A DNA stretch of 64,000 nucleotides from an uncultured Opitutales bacterium (GCA_934691225.1 CAKUSQ010000001.1:536880-600879), one strand, 5' to 3'; shown: positions 46,993-54,469, counted from the stretch's first letter. Numbers and translations are program-made. The notes: generated from the letters alone by a model not told the origin.

Positions 46993-47583
46993 TCATTTGC
47001 ATTGTTGTATTTTTTTCAGATGTTTTACAATTTTATGCCCATAAGTATCATTATTTTGATGTGCCATTTTAAAAGATGTGTACTTTTTAGGGTCGTATCC
47101 AGGACAAGCCCATTTATCTAAATCTTCGATGTACTGGAAAGCATTACGTTTTTTTACAAGAGAAAATCGAGGATCAACGCATTTTCTGTTCAGTTTTTTA
47201 TCCGATGCGTAAGCTTTTAGGTGTTGTATTTGTGCTCGAATACCTTGACGCATGGTTGAAAATTTATTTCCTTTTGTAGCATTGTCAACAGCACCTATAC
47301 CAGCAAAATTATTTTGTGAAGATTGAACAGAGCCAGTAAAACGGAAAAAATTAGTTTCTAGTAAGGCCTGTGCAAAGGCTAAATCACCTCGTACTCCCTC
47401 GATTTTACCTTCTTTTAAATAAATACTAGGTGTTTTTAGATATTTTTTTGAAACATTAGGATTAACTTGCTTTAGGTAAGCTTTCATTTGTTCAGCGGTG
47501 CATTGAGCTTGCCCCATAATTTTTGTTTTAGCGATAACCGATAAAGAGGAAAGTAAAAGTAAATAGATAGCCCTTATAAACAT
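46993..47583 (-). CDS. Secreted glucosaminidase-domain peptidoglycan hydrolase (FlgJ C-terminal-domain-like)
   Basis: It has a signal peptide (IYLLLLSSLSVIAKT). AFAQALLETNFFRFTGSVQSSQNNFAGIGA matches the glucosaminidase motif (AQAilESgwG.S.la...NN.FGIk) including the catalytic Glu. Confidence 0.7.
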   Translation of the reverse strand: MFIRAIYLLLLSSLSVIAKTKIMGQAQCTAEQMKAYLKQVNPNVSKKYLKTPSIYLKEGKIEGVRGDLAFAQALLETNFFRFTGSVQSSQNNFAGIGAVDNATKGNKFSTMRQGIRAQIQHLKAYASDKKLNRKCVDPRFSLVKKRNAFQYIEDLDKWACPGYDPKKYTSFKMAHQNNDTYGHKIVKHLKKIQQCK

Positions 47584-47657
47584 GAAGGAAGATTTATTGC
47601 ATATGTTTTATTAATGCAAGATAAATTTTGGTATAAAGCTTGCTAAAATAATTTTTG

Positions 47658-48164
47658 ATGGAATTAAACTTTGAGACAATAACATGTACGATGCACGGCG
47701 TTGAACTAAAACAAAGCTGTTTAACGTGCAATACGTTTGCATGTCATCAAAGAGAAATTCCAGAGTTTATCGATCAAAAAGATAAGTTAAATTCATTGCC
47801 TAGCAAAACTCCTCATTTACAGTTCATTATGCAAGAACTGTCCGGAAATTCTGATGATATTGAGTTTCAAGCAGAGGTCGCTTTGAATAGTAAGGGATTC
47901 TTAGTAAGGCAGGTACCGTGTGTAAAAGATGTGTTGTTTGCACAATGCAAATCCTTTGAGTTAAACTCGAGAGTTGATATTTGCAGGTATCATGTTTTAG
48001 GCAATTCCGGAAATATGCAAGCTGAAGTCAATGATAGATCTATTAGTATCGATGAATGGATGCAGGATTTGAAAGACGATCAACAGGTAGGTTCACGGAT
48101 TGCTTTCAACCTGCTGAATAGGAAAAACATCAAATATTTTGTTGTAAGCAAGATATCTCATTAA
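47658..48164 (+). CDS. Hypothetical protein, Cys/His-rich N-terminus
   Basis: 168-aa ORF with CTMHGVELKQSCLTCNTFACH near the N-terminus. I recognised no family. Confidence 0.45.
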   Translation: MELNFETITCTMHGVELKQSCLTCNTFACHQREIPEFIDQKDKLNSLPSKTPHLQFIMQELSGNSDDIEFQAEVALNSKGFLVRQVPCVKDVLFAQCKSFELNSRVDICRYHVLGNSGNMQAEVNDRSISIDEWMQDLKDDQQVGSRIAFNLLNRKNIKYFVVSKISH

Positions 48165-48180
48165 ATAAGAATAACTTAAA

Positions 48181-48360
48181 ATGCCATACTCAATAGCTGT
48201 ATTATTTTTACTATTATATTTACTAATGTGTCAAATTTTACCGCTTAAAGCGGACATCAAAATTCAGACAATACCTTCGAAGTTGTGTATTGTTTCAGAG
48301 AGGCATTGTTTTTTGAGTGCGACGTATCAGAAGAGCAATGATAGTGGTATAAAAGATTAA
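48181..48360 (+). CDS. Possible small secreted protein (59 aa), below the ORF-track cutoff
   Basis: My translation is MPYSIAVLFLLLYLLMCQILPLKADIKIQTIPSKLCIVSERHCFLSATYQKSNDSGIKD. It has a signal-peptide-like N-terminus and fills an otherwise empty 250-bp gap. Confidence 0.3.
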   Translation: MPYSIAVLFLLLYLLMCQILPLKADIKIQTIPSKLCIVSERHCFLSATYQKSNDSGIKD

Positions 48361-48413
48361 ATTTTATGTGAGATTATCCGTTATATATTAAATAAGTTTA
48401 ACAATTTTGAATC

Positions 48414-48899
48414 ATGAACCGTAAACAACCTATAAATTTTAAATTTGAAAAATTGGCAGAATCGTGTCGTAAGGAGATTGCGGAATTAGGTGCTTTACTA
48501 AAGCTCATTTATGAACAGCAAAATTGTTTAGTTAAATATAACCCTGTTTCATTATTACATGCTACCTCAAAAATTGAAGCGCAATTGCCGGTGAATCAGT
48601 TAGCAACGGCAGATCGAGTAGCGTTTATGCAGCAGTTAGCTGAAGAAATGTCGCAAGAATCAATCCAATTGAATGAATTACCAAAAATAGTTCCATTAGA
48701 ACTGAAAACGTTATTTGAAGCACTCGTAGATGAAATAATTTCTTTACGTCTTAGAATAAAGAATAAGACAAATATTCAGCAAAAATTATTGGGACAAACG
48801 CAGATGATTAATAATTCTATCATTCAGAAAATTATTCCCAATGATAAGTTTTATAACGAACATAAACATTCACTTTATACGCTTACGGAATTTTCTTAG
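48414..48899 (+). CDS. FlgN-like helical protein (flagellar/type III export chaperone family), tentative
   Basis: By-eye alignment with Salmonella FlgN. LLKLIYEQQNCL aligns with VMDAEQQQL, and NKTNIQQKLLGQTQMINN aligns with NQHNGWLLEGQIERNQ. It is all-helical, about 160 aa, and sits next to a fliW/csrA-like pair. Confidence 0.4.
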   Translation: MNRKQPINFKFEKLAESCRKEIAELGALLKLIYEQQNCLVKYNPVSLLHATSKIEAQLPVNQLATADRVAFMQQLAEEMSQESIQLNELPKIVPLELKTLFEALVDEIISLRLRIKNKTNIQQKLLGQTQMINNSIIQKIIPNDKFYNEHKHSLYTLTEFS

Positions 48900-49221
48900 A
48901 AAAGAGATTGGTACAAAAGATGCTCAAAATAAAGTAGATAAGTTTATGAATATTGTGTTACAAGGGTTTGCAAAACAATTTGGGTATAAAGTGTGTTTAA
49001 AAAATGATCTCGTTTTTCAAACATTATATCCGAATCATTATAAGGAATTAAATGTGTCATGTGAAGGGATACAACTTCAAACATTGGTTCAAAATAAGAA
49101 TAGTTTCATAAAAGTATGTTTGGATATTTTTATGCACTTGATGATGCAACTGAGAAGTAGGCATAGGGATTGTTGGGTTAATAAGCGTATTTGTGTAGGA
49201 GGAATTCAATGCTTGTTTTAA
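48841..49221 (+). CDS. Short, divergent FliW-like protein (CsrA antagonist family), tentative
   Basis: It lies immediately upstream of csrA and overlaps it, which is the canonical fliW-csrA arrangement. There are weak matches to B. subtilis FliW blocks. LQGFAKQF aligns with GLPGFLEEKQF, YPNHYKELNVSCEGIQLQT aligns with FPEYEFDLDESTVEQLQI, and VNKRICVGGIQCL aligns with INSKKNLGKQVVL. It is about 20-40 aa shorter than typical FliW. An alternative start is the ATG at 48946. Confidence 0.35.
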   Translation: MISFITNINIHFIRLRNFLRKEIGTKDAQNKVDKFMNIVLQGFAKQFGYKVCLKNDLVFQTLYPNHYKELNVSCEGIQLQTLVQNKNSFIKVCLDIFMHLMMQLRSRHRDCWVNKRICVGGIQCLF

Positions 49222-49478
49222 CACGTAAACCTGAAGAATCAATTATTGTAGTTTCGCCACGTGGAGAAATTATAGAAATCAGTTTAGCAAAAATTGATAA
49301 CGAACGTGCTAGAATTGGTATAGAAGCACCTATGACATTTAGAATTTTTAGAAAAGAAGTTTATGATGCAATTGTACAAGAAAATTTAGCGTATCAATGT
49401 GAATCTGAACACTTAGATAAATTGCGTTTATTAAAAACATTTACGCAAAATGTTGAAAGCAGTAAAAGTTTACAGTGA
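49209..49478 (+). CDS. csrA: Carbon storage regulator CsrA (RNA-binding), long form with C-terminal extension
   Basis: MLVLTRKPEESIIV...ARIGIEAP...RKEVYDAIVQEN matches CsrA. The SD taGGAGGAattca precedes the ATG at 49209. At 89 aa it has about 30 extra C-terminal residues. Confidence 0.88.
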   Translation: MLVLTRKPEESIIVVSPRGEIIEISLAKIDNERARIGIEAPMTFRIFRKEVYDAIVQENLAYQCESEHLDKLRLLKTFTQNVESSKSLQ

Positions 49479-49518
49479 TACGTAATTAGATAATATTGAT
49501 AAGTGGGAATGTGGTAAA

Positions 49519-49743
49519 ATGAGCAATTCAATAAATGTAACAAATAGTACAATAACAAACAATGTCAGCATAACAGAAACAGAAAAGACACAAGTAAAGC
49601 AAGGTGTAGATACAGTTAATAAGAGGACTGTATCAAAAGCTGAAAGTACAGTTATAAGTTCATCTAAATTAAATCAATCAACGAAAACTTTAACTGATAA
49701 TCACACCGATATTCAACGAAAAGTTACAAAGAATTTAAGGTAA
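49519..49743 (+). CDS. Ser/Thr/Asn-rich, probably disordered 74-aa protein, FlgM-like (anti-sigma-28) by composition and context; in-frame TAA followed by 44 more sense codons
   Basis: The composition resembles the disordered FlgM N-terminal half. The same frame stays open after the TAA (49741-49743) through 49875, reading VYAFESKDAKNIGVFVDAMLESIDKQIRGLYSADPDYRQPEKSI. This vaguely resembles the FlgM C-terminal helix region (..Y.vD..kIAdkml.). Confidence 0.35.
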   Translation: MSNSINVTNSTITNNVSITETEKTQVKQGVDTVNKRTVSKAESTVISSSKLNQSTKTLTDNHTDIQRKVTKNLR

Positions 49744-49882
49744 GTATATGCTTTTGAAAGTAAGGATGCTAAAAATATAGGTGTTTTTGTTGATGCAATG
49801 TTGGAAAGCATTGACAAACAAATTAGGGGTTTGTACAGCGCTGATCCTGATTATAGACAGCCAGAAAAAAGTATTTAGAGGA

Positions 49883-50197
49883 ATGCAAGAAAAAGTAAAT
49901 GCTTTTGCACCTAAAAAGTTTAGCTTTTTTTCTCATTTAAAAGCTTTATTAAGTAAAGTCTTTCATGGAAAGGCCTATTTGCAAGAGCGCGGTGATCAAA
50001 GTTTATCAACATTGCGAGATATGTTGACTAATACGATGGTAGGACAAAATTTCTTAAAGAGCTTCATTGAAGAAAATAAAGGTAATGACGAAGCTATGCG
50101 TGGAATGATGAAGGTTTTTAATAATGATTTTGGCCGTCTAGACGATAATTTAAAAGGGTTATTAAACAGTATAAGCAATTCTTTACAGAATAAATGA
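49883..50197 (+). CDS. Hypothetical helical protein (104 aa)
   Basis: The ATG at 49883 is preceded by agAGGAatg. The ORF-track GTG start at 49781 would overlap the extended FlgM-like frame. No family recognised. Confidence 0.45.
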   Translation: MQEKVNAFAPKKFSFFSHLKALLSKVFHGKAYLQERGDQSLSTLRDMLTNTMVGQNFLKSFIEENKGNDEAMRGMMKVFNNDFGRLDDNLKGLLNSISNSLQNK

Positions 50198-50205
50198 TAG
50201 TGAAG

Positions 50206-51417
50206 TTATGAATTTTCCAACTGCTTACAGGCTTTTCGGGTGATACGTCCCCAGGCTTTTTTAATAAAGATAACAAGAAAGTTGTTAGCAGTTACATTAC
50301 CTGTTGTTGTGATCGGGTCAATGAGCATATAAAATGCAGCAATAAGTGCTAACATTTCTTCTGTAAACCCTAAATAGTGCTGAAGAATGGGGAGAGATAC
50401 CATAATCGTTCCACCTGGGATACCAGCACCTGCAAATTTATTAAGTACAAAGCAGATACCGAAAATTAGGTAAGTAGATAATGTTGGCATAGGGCAAGAA
50501 AAACTGTTTAGTATAATAATCGCTAGAATAGGAATGCAGATAGTATCCCCGACCATGTGAAAATTGATACTAATGGGCATGACAGCGTTTACCAATACAG
50601 GATCTTTGGTGTTTTTAGTAGCTGCTTCAATTGAGAATGGTAGGGCAGCCGCACTAGACATTGTAGTTGCACCTGTAACCATTGCAGGGAAAATGTTTTT
50701 GAGCAGCGTTATCGCAGGTAATTTCGAGCATCGATGGGCTGCATACCACCAAATGGATAAATAAAAAATTAGAAATCCAATCATAATAGCGCAAGATGAG
50801 CCATTACTATGGATAAAATTAAACATTTGCCCTTCTACCAATAATTTTAATACAAAACCCATTAAAAATAGAGGTAAAGTTGGGATGAATATTTGCATCA
50901 TGAATCCCATGGTGAATCGATGAATATGCTGCACGAATTTCATGAATTTAGGGAGTCCAAAGAATGTGCTTAAAATGCCGCTAGAGACGCCACCTATCAA
51001 TGCCCATGCATTAGGTAAAACTTGTGGAAGATTGCAGTAAAAGTAAGGTTGTATTACGATGGGTTCTGTGTTTAAAGGAGTTTGTTGGGTCAGGTGTGTA
51101 AAATAAGGAATAACATAGCATCCTACAAAACCTGAGAACATAAGATTTAAAAAGTTTGAAGTTATGATAATCCCCATAATGGTAACAATAAACCACAAGC
51201 CATTATCTTTGAGTGAAGCAAAAGCCATGGCAGTTCCACTAAAAATAAGAAAAGGAATGAAAAACAAAAGTAGACTTTTTAAGCAAATACTTATGGTGAG
51301 TGCACCACGAATGAACGAAATTGGCAAAAGATGATAACAAAGAAAACAAAAAGCCAATGTTATTACGATTCGAACAATAGGCTCATTCAACCATTTTTTA
51401 GCTTTTTTATTTTTCAT
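50206..51417 (-). CDS. Dicarboxylate/amino-acid:cation symporter (DAACS family)
   Basis: About 8-10 TM segments with re-entrant loop motifs typical of GltP/SstT-type carriers (TTMSSAAALPFSIEA, FHMVGDT). Confidence 0.8.
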   Translation of the reverse strand: MKNKKAKKWLNEPIVRIVITLAFCFLCYHLLPISFIRGALTISICLKSLLLFFIPFLIFSGTAMAFASLKDNGLWFIVTIMGIIITSNFLNLMFSGFVGCYVIPYFTHLTQQTPLNTEPIVIQPYFYCNLPQVLPNAWALIGGVSSGILSTFFGLPKFMKFVQHIHRFTMGFMMQIFIPTLPLFLMGFVLKLLVEGQMFNFIHSNGSSCAIMIGFLIFYLSIWWYAAHRCSKLPAITLLKNIFPAMVTGATTMSSAAALPFSIEAATKNTKDPVLVNAVMPISINFHMVGDTICIPILAIIILNSFSCPMPTLSTYLIFGICFVLNKFAGAGIPGGTIMVSLPILQHYLGFTEEMLALIAAFYMLIDPITTTGNVTANNFLVIFIKKAWGRITRKACKQLENS

Positions 51418-51550
51418 GCTGTAAATGACTACATATTAATTATGTAGGTTTGACAAGTTTTTAAGTTAGTAAGTTTGCTGAAAAGAACGTTCATTTAACC
51501 TTAATGTCGTTAAGATTTAAGCACGTAGAATTTTAATGTAAATCATCAAT

Positions 51551-51586
51551 AAAACAAAAACGCTACATGTTTTTCATGTAGCGTTT
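51551..51586 (-). terminator. Rho-independent terminator of LRR paralog 1
   Basis: AAACGCTACATG-ttttt-CATGTAGCGTTT is a perfect 12-bp stem. On the minus strand it is followed by TTTTTGTTTT. Confidence 0.75.
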
Positions 51587-51608
51587 AGTATTGAATAGGT
51601 TAATAGAG

Positions 51609-53120
51609 TTATTGTTGTTGATGTATTTCTATTAGTATATCAGCTGGATTTAAGCCGGAATCAATTAAATTTTCTATTAACATCTCTCTTACATTTTCCA
51701 CATTACCATTACCGGTATCAATAATCGTGATGGTTTGTAGATTATAGCAACGACTAAAGCAATTTTCCCTTATATGCTTTATATTATCAGATATAGTGAT
51801 CGTTGATAATTTAGAACAACCAGCAAAGCAAAACGCACCTAAAAAAGTTACAGAATTAGGAATAGTAATTTCTTCTAAACCTCTGCAATCATCAAAACAA
51901 GACACACCTAAATAAGTTACAGAATTAGGAATAGTGATTTTTTGGCAGCGACTATAACTAAAGCACCCATGTCCTAAAGAAGATACACCATTAGGAACGT
52001 TATAACAAAGAGGTTCAGCATCAGGTGTTAATGTTTGGAATTTGTTAGTGTGGTTTATTCTATCTGTTCGGGTGAAAAAAATGTTTGAAAATTTATTTTG
52101 CGTTTCATCTTTGTGAGCTAAGTAAAAATCATAACTTACTGGATGTTTGTATTCGTGTTGTTTAATAGGAGATAGCTTCTTAACGAATGGTAAAAAAGGC
52201 TCTGTTTGTTGGGAATTTTGTTTGTATGTTGTTATTTCCATATTGTATGGGTTTAGGTCTGATAGAATTAAGTTTTCTATTAACATTTTTTCTACATTTT
52301 CCGCATTACCATTACCGGTATCAATAATCGTGATGGTTTGTAGATTATTGCAATCTTTAAAGCAATGTTCTCCTAAATATTGTATATTATCAGGTATAGT
52401 GATCTTTTGTAAATTTTTACACTTCACAAAGCAATATTTGCCTAAATAAGATGTATAAATGGGGATGTTAATTTCTATTAAATTATTGCAACCCATAAAA
52501 CACCAACCACCTAAATGAGTTACAGAAATGGGGATGTTAATTCTTCTTAAATTATTGCAATGCCTAAAGCACATATCGCCTAAAGAAGATACAGAATTAG
52601 GAATAGTAATTTCTTGTAAATCATGGCAAAGCATAAAGCACTTATTGCCTAAAGAAGTTATTTGCTCAGGAATATTATATGTTTCAGAGTGATTTATTCG
52701 ATTTTCTCTTGTGTAAACAATACCTGAAATATTATATTTTTCCAATTTTTCGAGTCGTCTCAATTCATCTTTGTGCTGTAAAAAGAAATCATAGTCTATT
52801 GGATATCCATATACATAGTTTTGGATGTTTCCATCGGTAAACACTTCATCTTCTGGAGAAAACAACACTTGGGTTTGGATATTAGGGAAAAGGTGACGAT
52901 TTCTTTTTGTTAAAGGAATTGGGTTCCTCTTGAGTATATCGAGTGCTGTTTGGCCATTTTTGCTAACAAATGGCAAATTCCTAAGGTCCGCTTCATTATT
53001 TAAGTGTAATGCAACGTTCGCTAAGTATATAGGTTCTAGTTTCGAAGGATCAGATTGGAGGTTTGGTAAAGCAGAAGCTGCTATTAACAATCCTATATTT
53101 ATTTTATTTTTTGTGTTCAT
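51609..53120 (-). CDS. F-box-like + BspA/TpLRR-type leucine-rich-repeat protein, paralog 1 (two-unit fusion, 503 aa)
   Basis: It has the conserved N-terminal module MNTKNKINIGLLIAASALP...KLEPIYLANVALHLNNEADLRNLPFVSKNGQTALDILKRNPIPLT. It has two blocks of 23-aa repeats of the form I(T/N)IPxSV(T/S)xLGxxCFxxCxxLQx, each closed by an ITIIDTGNGN..ENV..MLIENLI tail. Confidence 0.85.
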   Translation of the reverse strand: MNTKNKINIGLLIAASALPNLQSDPSKLEPIYLANVALHLNNEADLRNLPFVSKNGQTALDILKRNPIPLTKRNRHLFPNIQTQVLFSPEDEVFTDGNIQNYVYGYPIDYDFFLQHKDELRRLEKLEKYNISGIVYTRENRINHSETYNIPEQITSLGNKCFMLCHDLQEITIPNSVSSLGDMCFRHCNNLRRINIPISVTHLGGWCFMGCNNLIEINIPIYTSYLGKYCFVKCKNLQKITIPDNIQYLGEHCFKDCNNLQTITIIDTGNGNAENVEKMLIENLILSDLNPYNMEITTYKQNSQQTEPFLPFVKKLSPIKQHEYKHPVSYDFYLAHKDETQNKFSNIFFTRTDRINHTNKFQTLTPDAEPLCYNVPNGVSSLGHGCFSYSRCQKITIPNSVTYLGVSCFDDCRGLEEITIPNSVTFLGAFCFAGCSKLSTITISDNIKHIRENCFSRCYNLQTITIIDTGNGNVENVREMLIENLIDSGLNPADILIEIHQQQ

Positions 53121-53193
53121 TATTTTTAAATTACAGTGATGAATACAAATTAAATATTTTTATTTTGTCAAGATTTAAATATTGGATTTATGT

Positions 53194-53228
53194 AAACAAA
53201 AACGCCACATGAAAAACATGTAGCGTTT
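53194..53228 (-). terminator. Rho-independent terminator of LRR paralog 2
   Basis: The same hairpin as at 51558, with loop aaaaa. The single stem difference is a C/A mismatch on the + strand but a G-U pair on the minus-strand RNA. Confidence 0.75.
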
Positions 53229-53250
53229 AATGTTGAATAGGTTGATAGGG

Positions 53251-54396
53251 TTATTGTTGTTGAGGTATTATTATTATCTGTATATCATTTGGGTTTAAGT
53301 CGGAAGCAATTAAGTTTTCTCTTAACATCTCTTCTACATTTTCCGCATTACCATTACCGGTATCAATAATCGTGATGAGGTGTAGATTGTCACAGTTCTC
53401 AAAGCATAATTCCCCTATATGTTTTATATTGTTAGATATAGTGATCATTTGTAAATTTATACACTGCGAAAAGCAACCATCACCTAGAAAAGTTACAGAA
53501 TCAGGGATGTTAATTTCTCTTAAATCACGGCACTCCATAAAACACCATTCACCTAAATGAGTTACAGAATTAGGGATAATAATTTCTTGTAAGTTAAAGC
53601 AAAAAGCGAAGCAATGCCTACCTAAAGAAGATACGACTTCAGGAATATTAATTGTCGTTAATCTCCAACAATCAGCGAAGCAGTAATCGCCTAAATAAGA
53701 TACAGAATTAGGGATAGTAATTTCTTGTAAATTATCGCAATGTAGAAAGCACCTATCGCCTAAAGAAGTTATTTGATTAGGAATATCATATTTAAAGTAA
53801 TTGGTGCCTGCTATTGGTTGTTGAAAAGCTTCAGAGTGATTTATTTGATTTTCTCTTGTGAAAACAATACCTGAAATATTATATTTTTCCTCACTTTGGA
53901 GTCGTCTCAATTGCTCTTTATGTTGTAAAAAGAAATCATAATCTATTGGATATCCATATACACGTACTACTTTTTTTTCGTTTATTTCTTTTTCTTCTTC
54001 TGCTTTTGTTTTTTCTCTTGGTGTTTCTTCGCCTGCTTGTTTAGCAGCTTCTTGTCTTCTACGAGTTTTTTCCCGTAGATCTTGTAGAATTTCTTCATCT
54101 AATCTATCAGCTGCTTCAATACTTTCTTGATGAGAAAACAGCACGTGTGTTTCGAGATTAGGGAAAAGGTGACGATTGCGCTCTGTTAAGGGAATTGGGT
54201 TCCTCTTGAGCATATCAAGTGCTGCTTGGCCATTTTTGCTAACAAATGGCAACTTCTTAAGATTCGCTTCATTATTGAAGTATAATGCAACGTTTGATAA
54301 GTAGATAGGTTCTAGTTTTGAAGGATCAGATTGGAGGTTTGGTAAAGCAGAAGCTGCTATTAACAATCCTATATTTATTTTATTTTTTGTGTTCAT
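53251..54396 (-). CDS. F-box-like + BspA/TpLRR-type LRR protein, paralog 2 (381 aa, with charged Glu/Lys/Arg insert)
   Basis: Same N-module, then a charged insert (EEILQDLREKTRRRQEAAKQAGEETPREKTKAEEEKEINEKK). This is followed by YGYPIDYDFFLQHKEQLRRL, 6-7 LRR units, and the tail ITIIDTGNGNAENVEEMLRENLIASDLNPNDIQIIIIPQQQ. Confidence 0.85.
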   Translation of the reverse strand: MNTKNKINIGLLIAASALPNLQSDPSKLEPIYLSNVALYFNNEANLKKLPFVSKNGQAALDMLKRNPIPLTERNRHLFPNLETHVLFSHQESIEAADRLDEEILQDLREKTRRRQEAAKQAGEETPREKTKAEEEKEINEKKVVRVYGYPIDYDFFLQHKEQLRRLQSEEKYNISGIVFTRENQINHSEAFQQPIAGTNYFKYDIPNQITSLGDRCFLHCDNLQEITIPNSVSYLGDYCFADCWRLTTINIPEVVSSLGRHCFAFCFNLQEIIIPNSVTHLGEWCFMECRDLREINIPDSVTFLGDGCFSQCINLQMITISNNIKHIGELCFENCDNLHLITIIDTGNGNAENVEEMLRENLIASDLNPNDIQIIIIPQQQ

Positions 54397-54469
54397 TATT
54401 TTTAAATTACAGTGATGAATGTAAGGTAAATATTTTTATTTTGTCAAGATTTAAATATTGAATTTATAT

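Noticed and set aside
48414-50197. Small adjacent/overlapping ORF pairs as toxin-antitoxin modules
   Set aside because: No recognisable toxin or antitoxin fold motifs. CsrA and FlgN/FliW/FlgM-like similarities give a more coherent explanation.
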